From: Planctomycetota bacterium | GTDB lineage: Bacteria > Planctomycetota > UBA1135 > UBA2386 | Assembly: GCA_965223545.1 (NCBI GenBank) | Contig: OZ245006.1 | Location: forward strand, 5,376,001 to 5,440,000 | Reading direction: 5' to 3' | Length of the DNA stretch: 64,000 nucleotides | Shown: piece after piece, positions 46,499 to 56,084 of the stretch | Position numbering within the stretch: position 1 is the stretch's first letter | Layout: each line of letters begins with the position of its first letter | Position numbers and translations under genes: made by a program | The notes under the pieces: generated by a model | Database searches by the model: none | What the model was told of the DNA's origin: nothing | What the model saw: only the letters and a program-made list of their open reading frames with translations

Positions 46499-48223
46499 GT
46501 GCAGGTCTATCGAGGTGAGGGCGTTGCCGGCGGTGTCGCGCTGGGGCGCGTGTTTCTGCAGGGCTACCCGGCTGGCGATGGCCACCATGCGCGCATCCCG
46601 TCCGACGAGGTCGAGAACGAGCTCAACCGGCTGCGCGACGCGGTCGCGCGCAGCCGCCAGCGCCTCGAGGAGATGCGCGCCAAGCAACAGGAGACCATGC
46701 AGCCCGACGAGCTGCGGATCTTCGACGTCCACCTGAGCTACCTCGCCGATCCGCTGTTCATCGACGAGATCGAGAAGCAGATCCTCAACGAGCGATTCAC
46801 CGTGCGCGGCGCCATCGGCCAGCTGGTGGCGCGCTACGACCGGCTGGTGTCCCTGGTCGAGAGCGAGCAGCTGCAGCAGCGCGCCGGCGATTTTCGCGAC
46901 GTCGGCATCCGCCTGCTGCGCAACCTGGTCGACAAGGGCGAAGCCGTCGAGTTCGGCGAGCGACCCGAGGGCCGCTGTATCCTCGCCGCCGCCCGTCTCA
47001 CGACGGCCGACCTGTTCGACCTCGAGACCGGCGGCATCGACGGCATCGTCGCCGAGGAAGGCGGCATCAGCTCACACGCCGCGATCTTGGCCCGGTCGAT
47101 GGGGATCCCGACGGTCACCGGCATTCGCGACCTGGTCTCCAAACTGGAGAACGGGGCGTTCGTCGTCGTCGATGCCGGTGCCGGCGAAGTCGTCGTCAAG
47201 CCGAGCGAGGATCAGGTGGCGCGCTACCAAGAGGCCGCCGCGCGGTTCCAGGCCGAGCGGGTCGAACGCCCGAGCGGCGACCGCGAGCACGCTCTGCGCG
47301 ATGGCGCCGAGCTGCGCATCTACGGCTCTTGTGGCAGCCCCGGCGAAGTGCGCCTCGCGCAGACCTACGGCATGGACGGCATCGGTGTCTACCGCACCGA
47401 GCTGCTGTTCTTGAGCGAGCGGCGGCTGCCCTCCGAAGACGAGCTGATCGAGCACTACCGCGAGGTCGTGCACCAGCCCGGGGGCGCACCGGCACACGTG
47501 CGTCTGCTGGACATCAGCTCGACGCTGGGGCTGGGCGGTGAAGAGCCGGCGCACGAGCGCAACCCGGCGATGGGCGCGCGCGGCGTGCGTTATCTGCGCG
47601 CGCATCCCGACCTGCTGCGCCTCCAGCTGAGGGCGATCCTGCGGGCCGCCGTCGGCACCCGCGCCACCGCTCTGTTGGTGCCGTTCGTCACCGGCGTCTC
47701 CGACCTCGCGCAGGTCAAGGCGGCGATCCTCGACGAGCGGCAGAGCTTGCGCAAGCGCGATGTGCCGTGCGCCGAGACCTTGCGCGTAGCACCGATCGTC
47801 GAAGTGCCAGCGGCGGCGTTCATGCTGACCACGTTCTTGACGCACAGCGACTTCGTCGTGGTGGCGCTGGACGACCTTCAGGCGCACCTGTTGGCAGCCG
47901 ACCGCGACAACCTCAAGGTGCGCGAGTACCACGAGATGGTGCACCCGGCGCTGTTCGAGCTGCTGTCACGCATGGCCAAGGACGTCACCAAGAAGAAGCA
48001 GCGGTTGGTGTTGTTCGGCGAGCGCGCGGGCGACCCTCGGCTGTTGCCGCTGTTCTTGGGGCTCGGCATCCGCGATCTCTCGGTCGCGCCGGTGCGCATG
48101 GAGGGCGTGTTGAAGGTGCTCGCGCGCTACACCAGCGACGAGTGCCGCCTGCTCGCCGAACGCGTGCTGCAAGCGCCGCGGGCGCTGGACATCGAGCGGA
48201 TCTTGGTGCAGCTCGAGGGCTGA
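46499..48223 (+). CDS. ptsP: Phosphoenolpyruvate-protein phosphotransferase (PTS enzyme I) homolog, atypical PEP-binding domain
   Basis: IF..H….DP, GG.SSHAAILAR (phospho-His), GIG.YRTE, ERNP.MG.RGVR, EVP, DR; IGTND replaced by VALDD and CGE by FGE. Confidence 0.88.
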   Translation: MQVYRGEGVAGGVALGRVFLQGYPAGDGHHARIPSDEVENELNRLRDAVARSRQRLEEMRAKQQETMQPDELRIFDVHLSYLADPLFIDEIEKQILNERFTVRGAIGQLVARYDRLVSLVESEQLQQRAGDFRDVGIRLLRNLVDKGEAVEFGERPEGRCILAAARLTTADLFDLETGGIDGIVAEEGGISSHAAILARSMGIPTVTGIRDLVSKLENGAFVVVDAGAGEVVVKPSEDQVARYQEAAARFQAERVERPSGDREHALRDGAELRIYGSCGSPGEVRLAQTYGMDGIGVYRTELLFLSERRLPSEDELIEHYREVVHQPGGAPAHVRLLDISSTLGLGGEEPAHERNPAMGARGVRYLRAHPDLLRLQLRAILRAAVGTRATALLVPFVTGVSDLAQVKAAILDERQSLRKRDVPCAETLRVAPIVEVPAAAFMLTTFLTHSDFVVVALDDLQAHLLAADRDNLKVREYHEMVHPALFELLSRMAKDVTKKKQRLVLFGERAGDPRLLPLFLGLGIRDLSVAPVRMEGVLKVLARYTSDECRLLAERVLQAPRALDIERILVQLEG

Positions 48224-48263
48224 ACCCCGCCGCGCGGACCCCCGTCCCGCCGCCGCCGACCGG

Positions 48264-50522
48264 TCAGGTGCGGACCGCGGTCGCCGCGCACATCGCGGTC
48301 AGCACACCGCGCAACCGCGCCGGCGATTCCACCGCCCAGCTGGCGGTCGCGTTGCTGCTGCCCACGTGCAGGATCACCGCTTCGGGCGGCAGCGCGCGGT
48401 ACATGTCGAGGTCGGTGCGGTCGTCACCTGCGCACAGCACGAACGCGTCGCGCAGGTCGAGCCGCTGGATGTAGCTGCCCTTGTTGACCCCCGTGGCGCG
48501 CACTTCGACGACGCGATGTCCGCTGACGACTTCGACCGGCTGTTGCTCGAGCGCCTCGCGCAGGTTGGACATCAGCTCGCGGGCGCGCCAGACGCCGTAG
48601 TCGAGATCCGCCATGCGGTAGTGCCACGCGATGGCGCAGTTCTTGCGCTCGACCATGGTGCCCGGCACTTCGCGGCTCACCGTCTCGAGCGTGCGCTCGA
48701 TCGCGGGCAGCCAGGACAGATCGACGTCGTGCAGCGGCGTCCAGTCGCCGTCGGGAGGGCGGGCGACGAAGCCGTGCTCGGCGCACAGGTGAATCGGCAG
48801 CGCGCCGAACCAGTCCTGCATGGTCTCGCGCAACCGCCCGCTCACCAAGTGGACCTCGGTGTCGGGGAGAGCGGCGAGCGCGGCCAATAGGTCGAGGATC
48901 TCCTGCGTCGGGGCGGCGTCCTCGGGGCGTTGCTCGATCTCGCGCAGGGTCCCGTCGTAGTCCAGTGCCAGCACCCGCCGCGCCGCGCGCTGTCCGCGTT
49001 CCACCAGCGGCGGCACCTCGTCGTCGGTGAGGCGCGGTAGGCGCTCGGCGGCGCGCCGCGCGGTCGCGCGCTCGTGGGTCTGCTGCAGATAGGTGTCCGC
49101 CCAGCGGTGGCAGTCCATCGCCACGACTTGTTGGCCCATCGCGGTCATCCGATGCGCCTTCTCGTCGGGCGGCATGCGCAGCGCGGCCTCGATCGCGTCG
49201 GCCATCTGCTCGGTGTTCCACGGATTGACCAGTAGCGAGCGCGTCAGGTAGTGCGCGGCCCCGGCAAACTCACTGAGGATCAAGATGCCGCGATGCGCGG
49301 GCAGCGGAGCAGGCTCCGCTTGGCTCAGCACGAACTCCTGCGCGACCAGGTTCATGCCGTCGCGAACCGGTGCCACGAACCCGGCGTGCGCGAAGCGGTA
49401 CAGGGCGACCAGCTGGCTGGGGCTGACCGAGCGGTGCATGTACTCGACCGGAGTGACGCCGAGGCCGCCATACACGCCGTTGATGCGACCGACTTGCTCT
49501 TCGATCTCTCGCTTGAGGGTCTGGTACTCGGGATGGTTGAGGCGCGAGGGCACCAGCACCTGCAGGAAAGTGACCTCCTTGGCGAGGTCGGGGTTGCGTT
49601 GCAACAAGCGCTCGAACGCCTGCAGCTTGAGCGGCACGCCCTTCGAGTAGTCCAGACGTTCGACGCCCAAGATCAGCTTGCGGTCGCCGTAGCGTTGGCG
49701 GAGCTCTTCGTACAGGGTGGCCGTCTCCGGGCTCTGCAGGTGGCCGCGGAATCCGTCGACGTCGATGCCGATCGGGTTGGCGCCGATGCCGATCTCACGC
49801 CCCTCGAAACGGATCGCGTTGGGGTCCGACTCGAGGCCGAGCACGCGGAGGCAAGCGCTGCGAAAATGCCGCACGTAGTCGTTGGAGTGGAACCCGATGT
49901 AGTCGGCGCCGAGCAGCCCCTTGAGCAGCTCCATCCGCGACGGCAAGAGCCTGTAGATTTCAGAAGACGGAAACGGAATGTGCAGGAAGAAGCCGATCTC
50001 CAGGTCCGGCCGCTGCGCGCGCAGCATGCTGGGGACCAGCATCAGGTGGAAGTCGTGCACCCACACCCGAGTGCCGGGCTCGCAGTGCTGCAGTACGGCG
50101 TCGGCGAAGCGCTGGTTGACGTCGACGTAGCACCGCCAGGCGTCGTGGGTGAACGCGATCCGGTCGGAGAAGTAGTGGAACAGCGGCCACAGGACCTCGT
50201 TGCACAGCCCGCGGTAGTAGCGGTCTTCTTCGAGCTGGGTGAGGAACACCGGCGCCAGCTGTTGCTCGGCCAGGAGCTGGGTCACCTCGTCGCGCTGCTC
50301 CGGCGCGATCGGGCATCCCGGCCATCCGACCCAGGTGAACGCGCCGCTCGCCTGGTAGCCAGCGAGCGCTGAGGCCAAACCGCCAGCACTGGGGAAGCTT
50401 TGCAACTGCCCACCGACCGTCCGCAGGCTGGTCGGCAGTCGATTGCTGACGACCACGAGCTTGTCGTCTGTAGCTGAGCTGGCGTTTGTGGCGATAGGAC
50501 TGGAATCGAGAGCCTCGGTCAT
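48264..50522 (-). CDS. otsA: Bifunctional trehalose-6-phosphate synthase/phosphatase (GT20 + HAD)
   Basis: VSNRLP, GGL, WPLFHY, WVHDFHL, FLHIPFP, RLDYSKG, DGMNLVA.E, SEFAGAA; HAD DYDGTL and GDDRTD. Confidence 0.95.
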   Translation of the reverse strand: MTEALDSSPIATNASSATDDKLVVVSNRLPTSLRTVGGQLQSFPSAGGLASALAGYQASGAFTWVGWPGCPIAPEQRDEVTQLLAEQQLAPVFLTQLEEDRYYRGLCNEVLWPLFHYFSDRIAFTHDAWRCYVDVNQRFADAVLQHCEPGTRVWVHDFHLMLVPSMLRAQRPDLEIGFFLHIPFPSSEIYRLLPSRMELLKGLLGADYIGFHSNDYVRHFRSACLRVLGLESDPNAIRFEGREIGIGANPIGIDVDGFRGHLQSPETATLYEELRQRYGDRKLILGVERLDYSKGVPLKLQAFERLLQRNPDLAKEVTFLQVLVPSRLNHPEYQTLKREIEEQVGRINGVYGGLGVTPVEYMHRSVSPSQLVALYRFAHAGFVAPVRDGMNLVAQEFVLSQAEPAPLPAHRGILILSEFAGAAHYLTRSLLVNPWNTEQMADAIEAALRMPPDEKAHRMTAMGQQVVAMDCHRWADTYLQQTHERATARRAAERLPRLTDDEVPPLVERGQRAARRVLALDYDGTLREIEQRPEDAAPTQEILDLLAALAALPDTEVHLVSGRLRETMQDWFGALPIHLCAEHGFVARPPDGDWTPLHDVDLSWLPAIERTLETVSREVPGTMVERKNCAIAWHYRMADLDYGVWRARELMSNLREALEQQPVEVVSGHRVVEVRATGVNKGSYIQRLDLRDAFVLCAGDDRTDLDMYRALPPEAVILHVGSSNATASWAVESPARLRGVLTAMCAATAVRT

Positions 50523-50575
50523 GGGGCTCGAGCAACCTCCTGTTCTTCGTTCATCGAACGCGAGCGCCGTCCAGC

Positions 50576-52330
50576 ATGAGACTCGGGATCATTGGAAACT
50601 GCGCCTACAGCGCGCTGATCGAGAACGGCGCGGTCAACTGGCTCTGCTGGCCGCGCATGGACAGCAGCTTCGTCTTCGGCTCGTTGCTGGACCGCGAGCG
50701 CGGTGGTGTCTTCGAGATCGCCGGCGTCGACGCCAGCTCGGTTCGGCAGGAATACGTGGAGAACACCAACGTGCTGCGCACGGTGTTCGATTCCCCCACA
50801 GGGTCGTTCGAGGTCATCGATTTCGCTCCCCGCTTCCAGCAGTACGATCGCTACTTCAAGCCGACGATGCTGGTGCGGCTGATGCGTCCGTTGGACGGCG
50901 AGCCGTTGGTGCGCGTCCGTTGTCGGCCCAAGGCGGACTACGGCCGTGGCGAGGTCTCGAGCTACACCGCCAGCAACCACATCGAGTATCTCGGGTTGCC
51001 GGCGCCGGTGCGGCTCACCACCAACGTGCCGCGCACCTACGTCGCGGAGGAGCAACCGTTCGTCCTCAACCGGCCGCGGCATTTGGTGTTGACGTGGGGC
51101 CAGCCCCTGGAGTCGTCGCTAGAGGAGACCAGCGAGAGCTTCTTGGCGCGGACGACGGAGTACTGGCGGCGGTGGGTCAAGAACGCGCGCATCCCGCGTG
51201 ACTACCAGGAGCACGTGATCCGCTCGGCGCTGGTCCTCAAGCTGCACCAGTACGAGGACACCGGCGCCATCATCGCGGCGACGACCACCAGCTTGCCCGA
51301 GTTCCCCGGCTCCGGCCGCTGCTGGGACTACCGCTACTGTTGGCTGCGCGACGCCTACTTCTCGCTGAACGCGTTCGAGCGCTTGGGCCAAGCCGAGGAG
51401 ATGGAGCGCTTCCTCGAGTACTTGCACAACATCTGTGAGATCCACGGCGACGCGCTGCAGCCGCTGTACGCCGTCAACGGCGCCGCCGATCTCCGCGAGG
51501 AGATCCTCGATCACCTGTCGGGGTTCGACGGCGACGGTCCCGTGCGCATCGGAAACCAGGCGCACGAGCACGTGCAGAACGACGTCTACGGCGAGATGAT
51601 CCTCGCCATCAGCCGCTTGCTGATGGATACGCGCTTCAAGGGGTTTGCCGGCTTGGCGGGTGCACAGCGGCTGGTGTCGCGGCTTCTCGATCAGATCGAG
51701 GCGCGCATGGAGCAGCCCGACGCCGGTTTGTGGGAGCTCCGCAACCAGAGCCATCTGCACTCCTTCACGCTGCTCATGCACTGGGCCGGCGCGCAGCGCG
51801 CCGGCGACATCGGCCGCGCGATGGCGGCGCCCGAGCTGGCGGCACGCGGTGACGCGGTGGCGGCGACGGCGCGGGCCATCCTCGAGCAGCGCTGCTGGAA
51901 TCCGCACGTCGGCGCCCTGACCCAGGCTGCCGACCGGCCCAACCTAGACGCTGCGATGCTGCTGGCGGTGCAGTTCGGCTTCTTCGAACCCGGTGATCCG
52001 CGCGCCCTCTCGCACGTCGAGGCGGTGCACCGCGCCCTGGCTTCCCCCGGCGGCTTGCTGCGGCGCTACGACGTCGAGGACGACTTCGGTTATCAAGAGG
52101 CGGCGTTCACGGTGTGCTCGTTCTGGCTCGCCGAGTCGCTGGCGATCGTCGGCCGCGTCGACGAGTCGCGCGAGCTGTTCGAGCGCTTGCTGTCGCTCGA
52201 GAACGGCCTCGGCCTCTACAGCGAGGACATCCTGCCCGAGACCCGCGAGCAGAGCGGCAACTTTCCGCAGACCTACTCCCACGTCGGGTTGATCAACACG
52301 GCCTTCCGGTTGTCGCGCGACTGGATGTGA
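50576..52330 (+). CDS. Glycoside hydrolase family 15 (trehalase/glucoamylase-like)
   Basis: [47 protein letters not shown]. Confidence 0.93.
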   Translation: MRLGIIGNCAYSALIENGAVNWLCWPRMDSSFVFGSLLDRERGGVFEIAGVDASSVRQEYVENTNVLRTVFDSPTGSFEVIDFAPRFQQYDRYFKPTMLVRLMRPLDGEPLVRVRCRPKADYGRGEVSSYTASNHIEYLGLPAPVRLTTNVPRTYVAEEQPFVLNRPRHLVLTWGQPLESSLEETSESFLARTTEYWRRWVKNARIPRDYQEHVIRSALVLKLHQYEDTGAIIAATTTSLPEFPGSGRCWDYRYCWLRDAYFSLNAFERLGQAEEMERFLEYLHNICEIHGDALQPLYAVNGAADLREEILDHLSGFDGDGPVRIGNQAHEHVQNDVYGEMILAISRLLMDTRFKGFAGLAGAQRLVSRLLDQIEARMEQPDAGLWELRNQSHLHSFTLLMHWAGAQRAGDIGRAMAAPELAARGDAVAATARAILEQRCWNPHVGALTQAADRPNLDAAMLLAVQFGFFEPGDPRALSHVEAVHRALASPGGLLRRYDVEDDFGYQEAAFTVCSFWLAESLAIVGRVDESRELFERLLSLENGLGLYSEDILPETREQSGNFPQTYSHVGLINTAFRLSRDWM

Positions 52331-52374
52331 CGCCCACAGACCCGGCGACGGCGCCGGTGCGGTACACTTTAGCG

Positions 52375-52893
52375 ATGGGTTGCCTGCGAAGTGGTCTTCT
52401 GCGCGGTCCTCTTGCCTCGCTGCTGTGGGGGCTTGCCGTCTGTGGTGGGCTGCGGGCGCAGTCCGCCCCCGACGTCGGCCTGACGCTGGACCTCGGCCCG
52501 ACGCTGCCGGCATTCGTCGGCTACGACTGCGGCGCGTTTTCCTGCGCCGCGGTGCCGGCGGGACTCTGGGCGCCCGGCGCGTCGCGCACGTTCACCGGCT
52601 ACGGCGCTCCGGCCTCGCCGTGGGTCGTCGTCGGTGGGCTACCGGGGTTCTGCTTGCCGGTCGGCGGCATCGCCAACGCGCTGATTCCGGCGCCGCCCTT
52701 GTTCGTGATGCATGTCGGCTCGCTGGGGCCCGTGCTGCCGGGGAGCCCGTGCGCGCAGGGCGCCGAGAAGGTGCCGTTCACCATGCCGGCCGGGGCGCCG
52801 ACCGGGTTCGTGCTTTGCATCCAGAACGCGGCTCTTTCGCCGTCGCTGGGGCAGCTCGCGTTCGGCCCGGCCCTCGACGTGATCATCAGCTGA
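52375..52893 (+). CDS. Small secreted protein, essentially a stand-alone C-terminal accessory domain
   Basis: Signal peptide (…LRA-Q); ends MP….G..L.IQ…….LDVIIS; TACACT box 6 nt upstream of ATG. Confidence 0.6.
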   Translation: MGCLRSGLLRGPLASLLWGLAVCGGLRAQSAPDVGLTLDLGPTLPAFVGYDCGAFSCAAVPAGLWAPGASRTFTGYGAPASPWVVVGGLPGFCLPVGGIANALIPAPPLFVMHVGSLGPVLPGSPCAQGAEKVPFTMPAGAPTGFVLCIQNAALSPSLGQLAFGPALDVIIS

Positions 52894-52912
52894 TCGCGCG
52901 TGGGCGACGCGG

Positions 52913-55900
52913 CTAACGCGGGTTGGACGCCGCGGCGAGCCGTGCTTGCAGCGCTTCGTAGGCTTGCTGCATCACCGCTGGCGCGATGACGAGCTCCACC
53001 GATGCCGGCGACCCCGCCCCGACTTGGATCAGAAAACTGGGGTGCGGCATCGCGCTTTCGATCTCGAGGCCGTCGGCGCGATGCACGAGCGACAACGAGA
53101 CGCGGTACGCTCCCGGCCGCGGCGCCGCCAGTCGGACGCGGCCGGCTGCATCCACGTCGGCCTTGCTCGGCGCCTTGTAGCTGATCGCCGCCAGTGGCGA
53201 GGGGCGGGTCGGTCCCTCCCCTGGGTGCGAAGCCCTCAGCCTCGCGCGGAGGGCGAGGCCCTTCCCCGGCGTGGTTGCGCCCGTGATCGTCAGGTCGACA
53301 GGGTGTCCGCGCGACAACACCGCGGGCTCGTTTGCCTGGTCGATCGGCACGGCGATCGGAAAGTACCCCTCGCAGCGGAGCAGGAGCAGCTCGATCGGCA
53401 GTGACGATGGTACGACCAGCGGAGTGCCGGTCTTGCCGAGCGCGGTGCGCGCGCCGGGCGTCCATGCCCACACCGATGCCGTCAACGGCGCGCCATGCTC
53501 GTCCACCGCGCGCAACGGGATCGGGCGTACCAGATCGCTCAGGTCGATCGGGTCGAGGCCGGGTGTCGGCGTGTTCTTCCGGTCGGCAATGATGCCGCGC
53601 AGTCGCGCCAATTCGCGGCGCGGCGAGCCGGTCACGATCAGCGTGTGTGATCCCGGTTGGAGTCTGTCGATGTGGAACTCGCCGTCGAGGTCGATGATTC
53701 CGCCGACCCACCCAGTGGGTGTCTCCGATGGCGACCCCAGTCGGTCGGGCCAAGCTTCGACCCCGAGCCGGTCGAGGGCGATGCCCGAGTCGGAATGCAG
53801 CCGGCCCCGCAGCGAGGCCGCGGGTTCTGGGCGGAGCACGATTGCGCCAGCGGCCGGGTGCCAATGTTGCGGATCGTGGCGCCAGCCACGCGCACGTACC
53901 GCGAGCCAGGTCTCGGTCGCGGGGGCGTCCGGCATCGCGAACTCACCGCGCGTGCCGGTCGTTGCGACGCGCTGGTTCGTGACGTGTTCGAAGCCCGACG
54001 AAGACGCGTCGCTGCGGCGCATTCGCCACACGCTTGCGCCGGCGATCGGTGCCCCTTGGGGATCGAGGACCGTGCCGCGCAGCGCGGCGGTCGAGCGAGG
54101 CCACGCGAGCTCGCCGAGATCGAGAACCTGTTCCGGACTCCGTTCGGGCAGTGAAACGCGAAGCGTCCGCCGCTCCCCTTCGTGCTCGAAGAGAACGACC
54201 TGTGTCGCGATGTGCTCGATCGCCGTCGGCCAGTGCAGAGTGAAGCGCCCGTCCTGACCGGGATGGATCGCCGCGTGGAATACTGCTTCGTCGGTGGCTG
54301 TGAACAGCCGCACGGAGGCGCTGCCTGCCTCGCCAAGCGCATGCGGTAGTCGCCCCACAACTTTGGTCAACGAGTCCGACGAAGTCAGCCGCAGTTCGAC
54401 GACTTCCCCCGCCGTTCCCAGGCCCTCGTGACTCACGATGCTCGGCAGCGCGCCCGGCCAGGGCGAGTGCGCGGCGACGAATGGCACGCCGAGGCCGACC
54501 GCGGCGAACCGGGCAGTACCGTCGTGAGTGGGGGCGGGGACTCTGGTCTCTTCTGCCGGGCTGGTCGGCGCGTCGGGATACAGCCAGATCGGCGTGCCGT
54601 CGGGCGCTGGTGCTCCGTCGAGCGAGACGTGGACGGCCACGGTTCCGGTGGCCGGCAGCCGCAGCTCGAACGGCGTCTCGGGCGGCGCGCCGTCGTCGGG
54701 CAGCGCGGTGTGTACCGGCGCGCCAAGCGGGCCCAGTAGCCGTGCGCCGACCACGAGGCGCTCCGATCGGCCGTGGATCCCGCGAAACCAGGTCAGCTCG
54801 GCGGTGCCGTCCGCTCGCGTCCGAGCCGTTGAGAGTGGGTTGGTTCCGCCGTCATGGACCAGGGCCACTTGGATGCCAGGGCGCGGAGCGCCGTCCTCCC
54901 CGACGACGCGCACTGTTGCCCGCCGGACTGGCCAGAGTCGCAGGTCGAGCGGAGCCTCGACGTGCTGGCCATGGGGAACGCGGAGAACGCCGCGACGATC
55001 GCCGGACTCCCCGACCAGCATTCCGGGAGCACCGATCGGCATAGAGCAGGTTCCGAGGCCATCGATGGCCAGGCGCTGGCCGACACGAGTCGCCGCCCTC
55101 CACAAGTCGTCGCCCCGCGCTACTGCCCGCTCGTGCGCGCGGCGGAGCGCCGGTTGTTCCAGTCGTTGCGGGATCAACAGATGCACGGTGGCATCCGTCG
55201 CTGGCGCTCCCGTGATTCCGTCGACGATCCGCACGAGCGCGCCGCGGATCGGGTCCTGCGGTTTCGCGGCCGCGGTTCGGGTGCCGGCTGCCGGCGGTGG
55301 CGCTACGGGTGCCTCCCGCATCGCGACCATCGCGGCCTGACGGCCGGGCTCGGACGAGATCGTGGGTTTCGCGGGCTCCTCCCCCGGCAACGCGCACCAG
55401 AGTGCGACTGCACCCACAGCCAACACACCGGTCGCGGCGGGCGCGACGCTGGCTTTGCCGGCGGACGGTCGCAGGCTCGCGAACGCGGCGACCCACGCCG
55501 CGCGGTTGCCGTCGTTGGCAGCATCGAGGGCGCCGCGGAGTCGCTGCAACGCCCGCGTCGTCCGGCTGTAGACCGTGGCGCGGGGCAGGCCGAGACGGTG
55601 CGCCGCGGCTTCGGGCGTCAATCCCTCGTAGAAGCGCAGCAACACGACGTCCCGAAACGGCGACTCCAAAGCGAGCACGGCCTCGGCAAGGAGCCGTTGT
55701 TGCTCGAGTCGCGTGGCCGCTTCGGCCGCGCTCGGCGCGGCGCCCTTCTGCGCGTCCCCCGCGACCCTTTCGGCTCGTTCGCGTCGCGCGCGCCGCCTGC
55801 GGACATCGAGCGCGAGATTGCGGACCGTGCCCCGCAGCCACGCGCGACCCGCGCGGGTGGTCGGCTTGGTGCGCAGGGCGGCCAGCGCGGCATCTTGTGC

Positions 55901-56005
55901 CACGTCCTGTGCGGTGTCTCGGTCGTCGACGAGTCGGACCGCGAGCTGCGCCAGCCAGCGCGGCTCGGCGCACAGCACCGCGGTCGGTGGGAGTGGGGTG
56001 GACAT
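52913..56005 (-). CDS. ECF-type sigma-70 factor fused to a TM helix and carboxypeptidase-regulatory-like/Ig-like repeats
   Basis: Region 2 (TAQDVAQDA, AWL..VRN), region 4 (FRDVVLLRFYEG…LGL…TV.SR..RAL..LR), hydrophobic segment, repeats such as GTVLDPQGAPIAGA. Confidence 0.85.
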   Translation of the reverse strand: MSTPLPPTAVLCAEPRWLAQLAVRLVDDRDTAQDVAQDAALAALRTKPTTRAGRAWLRGTVRNLALDVRRRRARRERAERVAGDAQKGAAPSAAEAATRLEQQRLLAEAVLALESPFRDVVLLRFYEGLTPEAAAHRLGLPRATVYSRTTRALQRLRGALDAANDGNRAAWVAAFASLRPSAGKASVAPAATGVLAVGAVALWCALPGEEPAKPTISSEPGRQAAMVAMREAPVAPPPAAGTRTAAAKPQDPIRGALVRIVDGITGAPATDATVHLLIPQRLEQPALRRAHERAVARGDDLWRAATRVGQRLAIDGLGTCSMPIGAPGMLVGESGDRRGVLRVPHGQHVEAPLDLRLWPVRRATVRVVGEDGAPRPGIQVALVHDGGTNPLSTARTRADGTAELTWFRGIHGRSERLVVGARLLGPLGAPVHTALPDDGAPPETPFELRLPATGTVAVHVSLDGAPAPDGTPIWLYPDAPTSPAEETRVPAPTHDGTARFAAVGLGVPFVAAHSPWPGALPSIVSHEGLGTAGEVVELRLTSSDSLTKVVGRLPHALGEAGSASVRLFTATDEAVFHAAIHPGQDGRFTLHWPTAIEHIATQVVLFEHEGERRTLRVSLPERSPEQVLDLGELAWPRSTAALRGTVLDPQGAPIAGASVWRMRRSDASSSGFEHVTNQRVATTGTRGEFAMPDAPATETWLAVRARGWRHDPQHWHPAAGAIVLRPEPAASLRGRLHSDSGIALDRLGVEAWPDRLGSPSETPTGWVGGIIDLDGEFHIDRLQPGSHTLIVTGSPRRELARLRGIIADRKNTPTPGLDPIDLSDLVRPIPLRAVDEHGAPLTASVWAWTPGARTALGKTGTPLVVPSSLPIELLLLRCEGYFPIAVPIDQANEPAVLSRGHPVDLTITGATTPGKGLALRARLRASHPGEGPTRPSPLAAISYKAPSKADVDAAGRVRLAAPRPGAYRVSLSLVHRADGLEIESAMPHPSFLIQVGAGSPASVELVIAPAVMQQAYEALQARLAAASNPR

Positions 56006-56084
56006 CGCAGGGGAGTCGCCCGGCATCGGCCGGGTCCCCCCGAGTTTCTGCGATTCTGTCGATCCGTGCCGGGGCGCGTGCAGC

